A stretch of DNA of 64,000 bases, taken from Barthelona sp. PCE. Its lineage: Eukaryota. The DNA lies in assembly GCA_040285745.1 (NCBI GenBank), contig JAUFOR010000002.1, forward strand, positions 868,001-932,000, given 5' to 3'. The notes below the pieces were generated by a model that saw only the letters and a program-made list of their open reading frames with translations, was not told the DNA's origin and made no database searches. The translations under genes and the position numbers were made by a program. Below are positions 53,101-62,665 of the stretch, piece by piece. Position 1 is the stretch's first letter, and every line of letters starts with the position of its first letter.

Positions 53101-53854
53101 AGTCATCACGAAGATCTGTAGCAGGGAGTGTGCCTGTATCCTTGAATCTGACTAGCGATCCGAAATCAAACAAGTTTTGGCGCTTCAGCACGCGATACAT
53201 ACTGCACGCCATGTCGAAGATGTCCATACTGTGGTGCGATTCGTTGATGCGCATTCGAGATGTTTTGATTTCATCAATGAATCGCTCAGGGGCAATCTGA
53301 CCGTCCTGAACCCAATACGAGAAGTAGGCGCTGTTGTCGCTTGGATACTCTACCGGTTTAAACGGCAGGAAATCCGCAAGCTGCACAAAGTGACCACTGT
53401 TCAGCACGAAATTTGACAGTTTCCCGCTGTTGTTTATGAAGATATCACTGATCTGTAGTGCTTCATTGTACACACAAGCAATTTGATAAATAAAGAAGTG
53501 CTTCTCATACTCCGTAACATTGTCGCTGTTCTGAGCAAGGTAGTTTTCAAGAGTTGTGAAGCTGAACGGACGATATACGTACGCTAAAGCCTTTGCAGGG
53601 GAGAAGTGACACATGGAACGAACAATATATCGACAATCCCGCAACAGATCGTTGGTACTGAGAAAAAGAGATTCAAATTTTGCTAAGTCGAGCTTCTCAT
53701 CGTTAAAAAATACTTTAATGCAATGGCTGTTGGATGAAGAATATGCTCTAATACTCTTAAAAAGCCTTCCATTGTTAAGTAATTCATCAAAGGTCATGTC
53801 AAGATGATGCAATTGATAATCTCGTGACGAATTCGTAGATAAAACATTCCCCAT
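50177..53854 (-). CDS. VPS15: Vps15/PIK3R4 (kinase-like + HEAT + WD40)
   Basis: Myristoylation-type MGNVLS; GRLFKSIRA, LADFLPFKP..P.DN.A.FSY, IAPERF, MDIF, DLITFL...W.LR.AFF, GTNRGYIGLIDFRF. Confidence 0.9.
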   Translation of the reverse strand: MGNVLSTNSSRDYQLHHLDMTFDELLNNGRLFKSIRAYSSSNSHCIKVFFNDEKLDLAKFESLFLSTNDLLRDCRYIVRSMCHFSPAKALAYVYRPFSFTTLENYLAQNSDNVTEYEKHFFIYQIACVYNEALQISDIFINNSGKLSNFVLNSGHFVQLADFLPFKPVEYPSDNSAYFSYWVQDGQIAPERFIDEIKTSRMRINESHHSMDIFDMACSMYRVLKRQNLFDFGSLVRFKDTGTLPATDLRDDCPLESLIGRALSSDPSDRPSMDEFMHCALFTPEMRRVHWFLELISGVAIEIRIPVIFFFFELLIDDECDHDDWTTLSHVFDRAVGYTALQPLECPSDNFISTVNRFFGCGIELLVPLVTTSILPSVNTDLVVKALLLMRIFININCVCIQRDIIPLLLTLLECEDAGTVSAPLVVTTLRTLGLFLQRIAADSSATDIETLLLMIKTTLWPLCYTLVNHKDSHIRIVVLKAMEVVIEPIATLAQRAVTDVRVGFIKSTGRILSRMFEGVILDKSSRRFSPVLKQQMVGLFVSDGFQFFLSNEARETRFMDLITFLGVDEWILRLAFFRAIGALAKWLRSTRIRDCMFSALDQGILDANQHVVSAVLSSMRQLFEHCTAHRPPGLSNTKIQNTAASIACFLVHPNSLLRRNALSVFDAFFDLMDSADLCTFVVPVLAPVLKHPILVYQKQRLSLFVHPPVPSHVFVRFLDNQELSAAEREKYPYIDLFASIAGNYGRIVEERPIVDTIELRYREYSVKALSPPQSPIMMPFSPVSVVNVTQDSISERSETVLGTATSHSTKRPELKLTTDKPTLAAHQNLDERFKVYGNLIAHLEQKDMCTDSLVATSSFLVGCGTGLTFWRMNRFVKELSPLPEFIVERPDNDMINSACAYNGISGEMMAIATQKSIFTLSMGSLTEKTQYTCVRGDSNFKTVLPCVDGRTLLLVPSTGAVEVFDDRIVSSVGTVEIPPCLGCVTASDTSDDGYILVFGTNRGYIGLIDFRFMLLSAVFAHKLRLPVNAVSVTSGVHVGTGKGVFVSVRPGTMELFSLSDGRLLYSVHNCDRGTDDAGLTLLSKNSNRWIENTDIDSISSLSALLDAKDSSDIVCRLFNPSNSSRLLTGSRQGVVRMLDFNRISESRVLGLFDEKFVSIDGTRHAVQKGVCYDRFGNAVVQQMGLGVSPVSSGSQLPVKDIVGFRVAQHDYVAIAQGCGIIKLYK

Positions 53855-53894
53855 CGTCTCTACATATTGGAAAAGGATAAAAATGATACAACGT

Positions 53895-54713
53895 TTATTG
53901 AGATAGATTTAGTGTGGATATTGCTGCTGTAAGTTCACTAATATGTTCGTTTACCTTATCTTCCTTCTCAAGAGTGTCAACAACAACATTATGAAGTAGC
54001 TTCTCAAGTTTATCGCCCAACAGCAATTTCAGTGTGAATACTGCTCGTTCATTTTCGTGATCATTATTTGATTTTGAGATATCAAGCTTCAGTGATTTTT
54101 TCGTTGGGAACGCTACATCATCAGCCTCTTCTTTTGCCTTTAAATCAACAATTTCAACGCTCTGCTCGTTTTCAATGGCGCCTTCAGATAGCTTAGGAAT
54201 TACACTACTATCAATTGTTTTCTTGTAGTCTATGGGGTTGAGTTCGACGAGCTTCATTGGTGTACAGTATGACCGTAATGCATAGTAGTGTCTGAGGTAT
54301 CTATTGAGGAAAAGATCCATGATGATGTTAATATCATTGAAGCTAAACACAATGATACTCCTAGGGGGCTCATCAAAGCAATGTTGGAGTAATAATGATT
54401 TGAAAGAACTGTATAATTTCTCGAATCCGAAAAGATGCTCAAACGCTTCATCATGAAGATATGTAAGTAGGGAGAGAAGGCAACTCAACTTAAGTGGCGA
54501 GAATGCGTGTATTTGAGCAAAGAAAACTGTATCAACGAGGAAATCTTCAATAAACTTATCATCGAAATCATTAACAACATCAAAGGAATCAGAAACCAGT
54601 TTCCTTACCTTATTTATATCTGTTTCTTTGAGTAACTGTGTGGATACATCCTCACTAACAACCTGAAAGGAAAAAGGTTCAGCTGGTGGTACGTATTCAG
54701 ATTTTAAATCCAT
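53895..54713 (-). CDS. Flagellar central-pair C1a-32/CLAMP domain protein (CFAP119/CCDC189-like)
   Basis: FSPLKLSCLL, FKSLLLQHC..PPRSIIVFS, FLNRYLRHY. Confidence 0.65.
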   Translation of the reverse strand: MDLKSEYVPPAEPFSFQVVSEDVSTQLLKETDINKVRKLVSDSFDVVNDFDDKFIEDFLVDTVFFAQIHAFSPLKLSCLLSLLTYLHDEAFEHLFGFEKLYSSFKSLLLQHCFDEPPRSIIVFSFNDINIIMDLFLNRYLRHYYALRSYCTPMKLVELNPIDYKKTIDSSVIPKLSEGAIENEQSVEIVDLKAKEEADDVAFPTKKSLKLDISKSNNDHENERAVFTLKLLLGDKLEKLLHNVVVDTLEKEDKVNEHISELTAAISTLNLSQ

Positions 54714-54815
54714 CAGGAGGGTATGTTATAAAAATATTCCGTCCCTTGCGAACAATGCAATGAATAGAAAAGGGGCAAGCTTTGTTTTACAAATTCTTAC
54801 TTTACAAAAACCCTT

Positions 54816-56333
54816 ATGTTTACGGGGAATGTTGCTAGGGAAGCGGAGTCCGACCTGGACCTCGCCCTCACAAACACAGACCCTTCTGTACCAGTTTCAC
54901 AAGCTTTGACAAAGAGATTAGTAAGTTTGCTTGAGGAGGAGCAGTTGCAGGATCATTTTTCGGGAAATTTTGTTGATATCACAACGTTTGAGAACTCTGA
55001 GGACCCTATGGATGTACAAAACACAGAAAGGAGACGGTCTTCAATGTTACTGGGTAGTGGTCAGTTTGATACAGCAAAACGTGGCGCAATTTCAGAACAG
55101 AAACTAATGGCAGAGATAGAACGGCTGAGAAGTGCGATCCCACTGTTGAAGAAGACGAAGAAAGAGATCGAACGATCAATTGAGAAGGAGCGGGAACGGT
55201 TTTTGTATGAGAAGAAAAGTCATGAAAGCAAGGCAGAGCGGTTAAGAAATGACATTTCAAAGGCGAAAACGAGTGTATTGGGGGAGTTTGAAGAATTGGC
55301 GAGTCTGCGCAGTATTCAGTCAAATATTCACACAAATATAAACAGTTTCTTCGATTTAGCGATCCAAAGGAATCAATCCCTATTATACAAGTTGAAGCTG
55401 AACTTTGAGGCCGCATTGAAGAGAATCGAGTCGGAAGTTGAGGGAATGAAGAAGAATCCAAATACAGTTCTCAGCGAAACACTTTTTAGTTATAAGTCTT
55501 CAAAGCTCGAGTACCTAACTCTACAACGGCGTTTGTTGAAGGTTGAAGAAACAAGGAGCATCTTGGAGAAGAGAAACAGAATGCTACAGAAAAGAGTTTT
55601 GGTGATTGATGCAGATGTAGAAATTGTTGATAGCAAGTGTAGGGAGCTTAAACGAAGCCTTGCAGACATACATGTGAATATTTCTGCCCTGACAACTGCC
55701 CTTAAGAACCCAGTTAAGAAGCTCTTCGAAGAGGATCCTTCTCTGTTACAGACAGCTACGGTGGAACTGGCTGAAGACATTGAATATATCGATGTGGACA
55801 CAGACGAAGAGGTGGATGTGGGAGCACCAATCGCGTTAGAGCGCCAGTACCTGCACACAGCCCCGGCCGGAGGGTTTGAGCGGCTCATTGAGGAAACAAA
55901 GCCGAAGGTGGCTTCCAAAACGATACGAGATGCAGCCGCCGAGGAGTCAAAGCAGAGCGTTTTACACAACCTACGCGTCATGTTGAAGAAGGAGCATAAG
56001 AAATTGAAGGACTCCAGGAACAAATTGCATCTGCTTCGTAACTCAGACAGTACTCTTGAGAAATTCATTGGAGAGGCAATATCAGACGTTAAGCGTGATA
56101 TTCTTCAGCAATCTGGCTGCTCGCTTGCAGTTATTGAGAAGGCTGCCGCTGATCTTGAGTCGATTGAGGACATTGCAGTGTTTGACGGTAACGATAAGAC
56201 CCGTGTTCTCATTAAATTGCTATCGCGTGGCCGAGTCCTTAATACTATGTACTCGCTTTTGTTCCCCAACAAAGAGCAAATTGTGCTACCAACAACAGTT
56301 CCGTCTATCACAGAGTTCGCATCAATAGACTAG
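54816..56333 (+). CDS. Coiled-coil protein
   Basis: 505-aa ORF rich in E/K/L heptads. Confidence 0.7.
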   Translation: MFTGNVAREAESDLDLALTNTDPSVPVSQALTKRLVSLLEEEQLQDHFSGNFVDITTFENSEDPMDVQNTERRRSSMLLGSGQFDTAKRGAISEQKLMAEIERLRSAIPLLKKTKKEIERSIEKERERFLYEKKSHESKAERLRNDISKAKTSVLGEFEELASLRSIQSNIHTNINSFFDLAIQRNQSLLYKLKLNFEAALKRIESEVEGMKKNPNTVLSETLFSYKSSKLEYLTLQRRLLKVEETRSILEKRNRMLQKRVLVIDADVEIVDSKCRELKRSLADIHVNISALTTALKNPVKKLFEEDPSLLQTATVELAEDIEYIDVDTDEEVDVGAPIALERQYLHTAPAGGFERLIEETKPKVASKTIRDAAAEESKQSVLHNLRVMLKKEHKKLKDSRNKLHLLRNSDSTLEKFIGEAISDVKRDILQQSGCSLAVIEKAAADLESIEDIAVFDGNDKTRVLIKLLSRGRVLNTMYSLLFPNKEQIVLPTTVPSITEFASID

Positions 56334-56340
56334 TGTAAAT

Positions 56341-57153
56341 TTATTGCCTGGGCGCCAGGCGCATCCTATGCCGTTTGGATTTGCGCGCAGTTCGTTCAAA
56401 AGATCGTTGCAGAAGACTGGATCCCAATAAGTGAATGCAACGACTGTCTGGTGTCTCTAATCGGAATATACATCCTTCCTTCGGTACCACAGACGTGCGT
56501 TCCGTGTCTGCACAAACACAAACAAACACATTTCGGAGTTCGAGTAACACCGTCATCGATCGTCCTACAAGTGTTAAAACAGGCGACCGTCTAATTGTGA
56601 GCTGAGCGCCAGCCAATTCCATACCATAAACTGCGTTTTGCATCTGCCTGTCGGTTATTGTACCGTCTTTAGAGAGAGACTGAAAGTACGCATTCCACAT
56701 GCTGCGTAGGATTTCGACCACTGCTGAATCGATTTTTTCAGGTAAATCAGGCCTTGTTACTGATCGCTTTGTGTGTAATTTGTGTTGTTTTGGTACTCGT
56801 TCATGTAAGAATGTGTCCAAAATAATGTTTTTTTCATAAACCTTTGAATTCAACACGTCTGCCCGCTTTTCCACTGGCAAATGTCCTAGAGAATCCTGTA
56901 TATATGTGTTAAACTCTGCCTTGAGAACATCAGAGTTACTTACTATGTCTTTAGGTTGGGAAGTTGTCTTTGAAGAGCTATTTAGTTGAGCTCTGATCGA
57001 TCCCTTTTTTGAAGCAGGCTTCTTTGAACCAGTTCCACTTGAAATATCCTCAGCAGCAGTTTTAATGATCTTTTTCACTGATTTGGTTCGCTGCTTCTTT
57101 TTTTGCGGTCCCCCAAAGAGTGCCTTAAGAGCCTTTCTTTTCTTACTATTCAT
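56341..57153 (-). CDS. POP4: RNase P/MRP subunit POP4 (Rpp29)
   Basis: LRSMWNAY, MELAGAQLTIRRS..LVG...VLLE.RNVF, VVPKEGCIF, RSFERTARKSK. Confidence 0.85.
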   Translation of the reverse strand: MNSKKRKALKALFGGPQKKKQRTKSVKKIIKTAAEDISSGTGSKKPASKKGSIRAQLNSSSKTTSQPKDIVSNSDVLKAEFNTYIQDSLGHLPVEKRADVLNSKVYEKNIILDTFLHERVPKQHKLHTKRSVTRPDLPEKIDSAVVEILRSMWNAYFQSLSKDGTITDRQMQNAVYGMELAGAQLTIRRSPVLTLVGRSMTVLLELRNVFVCVCADTERTSVVPKEGCIFRLETPDSRCIHLLGSSLLQRSFERTARKSKRHRMRLAPRQ

Positions 57154-57245
57154 AAATGCATTAACTACGGTGAAAAAAACCGTGGGAACAGAAAATAGTT
57201 GAATAACGTTTACTTTACTTCATTTTCATTTCATTCCTTTCGTGA

Positions 57246-58967
57246 ATGCGGATATTTTTTGCAACCATCATCTTTTTATTGTATGTAGCATCAGCTGCTG
57301 ATTTTGACACTAAGACACGTCCATTAGAATTGCAGACTCTTTGTCTTACAAACTACACAACAGCAAAACTGTATTACACCCAGTTTTCCGACCTTTTTGA
57401 CCAGAAGATTTCAGTTATATATCCTGGATCTTGTAATTGTCCGAATAATTGCTTTGAGGATCTGGGAAACGGATTCTGTGCCGGTAAGTGCATGTGCAGT
57501 GTTGGATTCACAGGGAAAGACTGCTCAATCGTTGATAATGGTAATACTTGTAGTGGCAACGGTTTGTTTAGTGTGGATAAAAAGATTTGTATCTGCAAAC
57601 AAGGTTTTTCTGGATCATTATGTGACATAAAGGATGCAAAACTCCCTGAATTACCGAAGGTTTCAACAAAACAGTACTATTACAACGATAAGTACGGAGA
57701 GGATCATCCGCTGTTTGATCCCAAATTAATGTCTGTTATTCACATCGAAATTGACAAAGCAGACCTCGACTTCCTTTTGGACGTTAATAACATGAACAGT
57801 CGCGACTACAAGAAGGTTGGGCTTAAAATGTACTCTCATAAATTCGGCTATTACCAGAGTTCAAAGGCAGGGCTTCGAATCCGTGGCATGTCGTCACGCG
57901 CGAACCTCAAAAAGCAGTGGAAAATTTCATTTACAGCGTTTGGAGAAAAGAAAAAGTACAGCATGTCTTCATTTAATTTGAATGCTGAGGTCAATGATGC
58001 AACTGGAGCACACGACAGTATAAACTACATGATTAACCGAGGCCTTGGTCTCCCATCCCCCCGTACAGGTGTAACTGAGTTATTCATCAATGGTATAGCA
58101 ATGGGCTACTATGTTCTTTTTGAGTCTATCAATAATAATTTCCTGAAGACCCGCATTCCCGATTTAGAGAAGGGGTACATCCGCTATAAATGCCGAGGCG
58201 GAGCGAACTTTGCGTTGATCGGTGAAGAGACATGCAAAGACTATGAGAACGATCGCTTCTCTTATCTTGGTGTCAAACAGCACTATGAATGCGAGACAAA
58301 TAATTGTAATTGGTGCGATATTAGAGATGTGGCGGTAAGCGCAGGTCATGGTGATCATGAAAAACTTACTAAGCTTATTGATACTGATGCTTTTGCACGC
58401 ACTATTGCGTTTAACTCACTTGTAGCCAACTGGGATGATATGATTTTCAACACAAACAACTACCAGGTGGTGCGTAACCCTTCAACACAAAAGTTCGAAC
58501 TGGTTGTTTTTGATTTCGATTTATCATGGGGTTTCGACCACATTGGAGTGCTTAAAGACTCTGACACCACGTGGCAGGATATCCACGTTGATAAATGGGG
58601 CAATTATGGCAGATTTGCACCCAGCAGTGCGTGGAATAAGCCCAATTTTTGGAAGCGTGATGTGTTTTCAACGCTATTGGCTGATCCCGAGTGGAAGTCT
58701 CTGTACCATCACTATATATCAGAGCTCATCAACAAGACTTTCGCTGGGCAGACTTGGATAGAGTGGCTGCTTTCCTTCAGAGAAATGTCGTTACCTGCAA
58801 TCGCAAGAGATAAGTTCGGGCGTGTTCAGTTCCAGTATACTTTCGATGATGTGTCCAATAATTATCAAAATGATCTTACATACCCCAACGGAGTTCTTAT
58901 TGCACCAGGTATGATTACGTTTATGCAAGAGCGTATCGAAATCGTTAAGAAGCAGATCAACCTGTAA
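57246..58967 (+). CDS. Secreted CotH-family kinase with two N-terminal EGF/tenascin-like repeats
   Basis: Signal peptide; CMCSVGFTGKDC, CICKQGFSGSLC; CotH motifs LRIRGMSSR...KKQWKI, LFINGIAMGYYVLFE, NWDD....NNY, FDFDLSWG. Confidence 0.85.
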   Translation: MRIFFATIIFLLYVASAADFDTKTRPLELQTLCLTNYTTAKLYYTQFSDLFDQKISVIYPGSCNCPNNCFEDLGNGFCAGKCMCSVGFTGKDCSIVDNGNTCSGNGLFSVDKKICICKQGFSGSLCDIKDAKLPELPKVSTKQYYYNDKYGEDHPLFDPKLMSVIHIEIDKADLDFLLDVNNMNSRDYKKVGLKMYSHKFGYYQSSKAGLRIRGMSSRANLKKQWKISFTAFGEKKKYSMSSFNLNAEVNDATGAHDSINYMINRGLGLPSPRTGVTELFINGIAMGYYVLFESINNNFLKTRIPDLEKGYIRYKCRGGANFALIGEETCKDYENDRFSYLGVKQHYECETNNCNWCDIRDVAVSAGHGDHEKLTKLIDTDAFARTIAFNSLVANWDDMIFNTNNYQVVRNPSTQKFELVVFDFDLSWGFDHIGVLKDSDTTWQDIHVDKWGNYGRFAPSSAWNKPNFWKRDVFSTLLADPEWKSLYHHYISELINKTFAGQTWIEWLLSFREMSLPAIARDKFGRVQFQYTFDDVSNNYQNDLTYPNGVLIAPGMITFMQERIEIVKKQINL

Positions 58968-58974
58968 AGAATTT

Positions 58975-59391
58975 CTAATTTACATATTTGTCAAGATATG
59001 CTTGAATGTTGTAACGTACACAAGTGTAATCTACAATGCGTTTGAAACCGCTTGCATCACGAATATATCGGCAATCGCGTCTTATCTTCGCATAGGATGT
59101 AAAGCATGGTTGCGGCAGAGATTGATACTCTGGACCAATCAGAACACAAAAATTCAGACAGGTTTTGTCTAAAACTCGTTTAAAGCGACACCTGCTGTAA
59201 TAAGTAGCATATGTACGTCCCATTTCAACGCCCCTTTCAAGGCAATACTTAAGACAAGGATTGTAAACTGTCCTGCGATGAGTTACAGGATCTTTAGACA
59301 ATTTGCAGATACTTTCACATTGTCCCCCCTGAGCAACTGAAATAAAAGCACTTGTTAATATTAATGCAATAAAAAAAGTTCCAGAATGCAT
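58975..59391 (-). CDS. Small secreted cationic Cys-rich protein, paralog of 36222-36623
   Basis: Signal peptide; LDKTCLNFCV and VDYTCVRYNIQAYLDK versus VDTRCLDFCV and TDYTCVGFKLQEALDK. Confidence 0.8.
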   Translation of the reverse strand: MHSGTFFIALILTSAFISVAQGGQCESICKLSKDPVTHRRTVYNPCLKYCLERGVEMGRTYATYYSRCRFKRVLDKTCLNFCVLIGPEYQSLPQPCFTSYAKIRRDCRYIRDASGFKRIVDYTCVRYNIQAYLDKYVN

Positions 59392-59513
59392 ATGAAAAGA
59401 ATGAATAAATGGAAGACAGCACTTTTGTTTTCAAGTGTTTTTTTTTGTTGGATGACATGGAAGGTTTGTTGGTGACAGTCACTGTCAAAGGGTTAAATAG
59501 ATAGTAATATTGT

Positions 59514-60378
59514 TTACTTTGAAAAAGGTGGATGTAATAATATTGAATGAGTGATTGCAATGAGTAACAGAGTGCAATATGCATGCAATATAATTTCACT
59601 GGTAATCTTGAATGTGCTGAGAATACCAAAAGAAAAGAAATAGAGTAGAGAATGCAGCCAGTGTTCAGACTGCTGCAAACCAATAATTAATAGAGAACCA
59701 ACAACTCCGATAAAGGGATTGAGGTTTAAAATAGAGAAATCTGTGTGGGATAAAGAAGGTATGCTCAGTCCTACAGACCACAAAAAGTGTGCGGTAAAAA
59801 CAGCTACTGGAGCTGAGAAATTCTTGTGCCTACGGCACATAAGCTGCAGAGAGATGATAAAAGCAGCATATATCATGTCAACAAGGGTGTTAAACTGGTC
59901 GAAAGTAACGTCACCAGCCAAAATGGGAATATAAATGGGCAATGTACTGTAACCGATCAATACTAAAGTAATTGCAAGAAATACCCTCGTTAAGAGGTAA
60001 GCCAATACTTGTGTGTGTTATGAAGCATGTTTCACACTGTAATGTTGCATGTCCCCATATATTCGCATATTCAGAGGTTATAGCATCAAGAAATATGCGT
60101 TCTGTGTGGTTACTGAAAGAGATATTTGCGTTTTCTGCAACAATCATTGTTCCTGATATATAAGGACATTCAGTGAACATAATATCTCCAGATAACCTCA
60201 CTTTATGGAAGTGCAATTGAAAAGAATTGCAGTTAATCGAGAATTCCAAAATAGAAACACATGTGTTATTGGTAAATGATGCAGGGCCAACCTGTCGGTA
60301 TTCAAATCCAGCAGGACAAGCCCCTAGTACACCAATAAAAACAAAGAAAAGAAAAAAGAACCCAAAAAGGAAAGACAT
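59514..60378 (-). CDS. Probable single membrane protein (signal peptide, Cys ectodomain, multi-TM C-terminus) split by a frameshift near 60010-60020
   Basis: ORF 59911-60378 has ATG plus signal; ORF 59514-60005 has TMs but no N-terminal ATG; frames could switch in an ACACACAC tract; TAA stop within AGTAAA. Confidence 0.5.
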
Positions 60379-60512
60379 CGAAAAACAGGATATTTCAAGT
60401 TTATTGTAACGTTGATATTGTTTCTGTCGGTTAAAATACTGATATTGTCGAAAGAAATAATAAAGAATAAAGAGTACGCAAAACCTGTTTTGTTTTGATA
60501 ATTTCCACTTCT

Positions 60513-61106
60513 ATGGGCCCTTGTTCAAGCATTACTGTTCCTAGGAACTACCTGCAGCCACACAGCGTCTCACTCAACCACAATACACTGAAAGCATTTC
60601 GCAAGAAGGTTCGTAGGGGTCGAATTGCTCCATTCTTCCCTCCATCGTATGTTCCTGCGGACGGAATTGTGGAGAAATGCATGATTTGTCGGTTTAACTA
60701 CGCCAGTCTCAATATATGTGATTGCTGTCACGAGAATATTTGTTCAGAGTGTTATGCCGTTCAACGGCAACTGCATGGAAAACATAACATGCGATGCCCC
60801 TTCTGTCGTCATATCGGGTTTAAGGCACATTATAAGCCGCGTGCAACCGTCAGTCAGCTTGTTGCAAGAGAACAGCGAGAAACAAATCTTGAATCAAGGC
60901 GCATTAGGGCGCATACAGACGGCCTTCCAGTATACGACCCAAATGATTCAACGGCGCTGGGCGAAACAAAGGAAGCGATCGAGAGGAACCTTGCTCAGCG
61001 CTTGGAAGATGTTGAAGCTCAGATTGCAGCGTTATCTCCTAATATGTCAACAGAAGAGCGTTCCACAATCATAGCTGTCCTTCGAAACTCCGTGTATGAT
61101 CGGTAA
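60513..61106 (+). CDS. Sip5/GW2/DA2-type RING zinc-finger protein
   Basis: GRIAPFFP, CMIC..Y..LN...CC...ICSEC, CPFC; ATG 60513. Confidence 0.8.
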   Translation: MGPCSSITVPRNYLQPHSVSLNHNTLKAFRKKVRRGRIAPFFPPSYVPADGIVEKCMICRFNYASLNICDCCHENICSECYAVQRQLHGKHNMRCPFCRHIGFKAHYKPRATVSQLVAREQRETNLESRRIRAHTDGLPVYDPNDSTALGETKEAIERNLAQRLEDVEAQIAALSPNMSTEERSTIIAVLRNSVYDR

Positions 61107-61108
61107 TA

Positions 61109-61603
61109 TTATCCAATGAGAAATTCTATGTGATTATGCAAGTCTATCGCTTCTTCTCTCCACTCTGCTGCTTGTAAATAGAAAGCATACAATTCAAACT
61201 GAACTGGTGCTGATAGTGGTAATTCAAGACACAGCACCATGGAAGTGGTATAGTCTAGAAATTGTTCACTCAAAGATATGGATAGTAATGAATAAAACGC
61301 TGAAGTGTTCAGACGATACAAAGTGTACCAGAAGTTATGGTTAAGAGGCAACTTCTTCTTGCGCAAACAAGAGTTGAGCGCTTGCCTATCGTTTGGATTT
61401 GGTATTCTCACGTCTGAAATATCTATTATGGTCAATTGTATATCTCCTGCGCAGTGGGAACACGTACATTGTCTAGGTGAGCCCACGATATTAGAAAAAT
61501 CACGCCCAATACACACATCTGCATTTGTACGCTTTCGTTGTTCCAATGCGATTTTTATATCCCCTTCCAAATCAGTAAAAGCCAGAGATCTTCTCATATC
61601 CAT
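61109..61603 (-). CDS. Hypothetical protein
   Basis: 164-aa ATG ORF abutting the RING gene; CTCSHC motif. Confidence 0.5.
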   Translation of the reverse strand: MDMRRSLAFTDLEGDIKIALEQRKRTNADVCIGRDFSNIVGSPRQCTCSHCAGDIQLTIIDISDVRIPNPNDRQALNSCLRKKKLPLNHNFWYTLYRLNTSAFYSLLSISLSEQFLDYTTSMVLCLELPLSAPVQFELYAFYLQAAEWREEAIDLHNHIEFLIG

Positions 61604-61954
61604 TGTAAAGGAGATATTTTGGAAAAGTACATTATTACATCTTTTTGGATAAGCATATGGCTAAATGTATTGAACTATCACTGAAAAATATCATCGTGGT
61701 GGATTATTGTATGTTGATACTGAATTGCATTTTCTTTTCTTAAGATGTCTCATCACAGTTTTTTAATTCCAAAATTGGGTTTTTGTAAGGTCAACATTAT
61801 CTATTACCATAAACTTATTCTTTTTCCCTTCCGCATTTACAGTTTTTCATAGTATAGAATTGAATAATATTTATTTATATTAGTAAGAATAAGAGAACCA
61901 CACAAAACATTAAAAATGAGAATTAAACGAGAATAAAAAAATTAGGAAAAAATC

Positions 61955-62665
61955 TTACATTTTACCTGTGAAAAACTTGTTCATCGTATTATATTCTGGA
62001 GCAATGACTTCTCTTAGTGTTGGAAAACGTCTCATGTCAGGATAATACTGACCAAAACTCACACATCGGCAACGTGGATCATCATATCTGTTTGTGTGAA
62101 TGTGACCATGAATGTTTATGTCACAATTCATCTGTTCAAAGAGCTGTTGCAAAAATGTAATAGTGGGACCGAACTTCTGCATATCGAAACCGTCTTCTGA
62201 AAGACCAAAAATCATGTAGTGTGTAAACATAATTCTCACTCCATCAATATCCATAATAACACAGTGTGCCATCTTTGGAACATTGTTTAGTTCAAACACA
62301 AGCCCGTTTTGAATGAAATGACAACCCTTAATTTGATCAATATCTGCTTTTTTCTTCAGTTTTCCTGAATTACTGATATCATGGTTCCCCTTAAGGTTAA
62401 TGATAGATCCATTCAAATCACCCAAAGTATCAATGTGTGCTTTATCGTTCAAAAGGTCACCAAGATGAAATACAACTGTACTATCTTCCTTCACAGCGTT
62501 GTTCCAAAAATCATACGATGCTGTACACCATTCAGTTTCTTGATAGCCATCTTCTTCCAAAATCCTTTTCCTGGGATGTTGATAGAAAACGATATCTTCT
62601 TCGTGCATGTGCATATCCGCAACCATAAGTGTATCTAAAGTGATATTCAGTAATCGTTCTGTCAT
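61955..62665 (-). CDS. Calcineurin-like metallophosphoesterase, prokaryote/phage-like subtype
   Basis: ADMH, WNNAV...VFHLGDL, LKGNHD, FTHY, NIHGHIH. Confidence 0.88.
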   Translation of the reverse strand: MTERLLNITLDTLMVADMHMHEEDIVFYQHPRKRILEEDGYQETEWCTASYDFWNNAVKEDSTVVFHLGDLLNDKAHIDTLGDLNGSIINLKGNHDISNSGKLKKKADIDQIKGCHFIQNGLVFELNNVPKMAHCVIMDIDGVRIMFTHYMIFGLSEDGFDMQKFGPTITFLQQLFEQMNCDINIHGHIHTNRYDDPRCRCVSFGQYYPDMRRFPTLREVIAPEYNTMNKFFTGKM

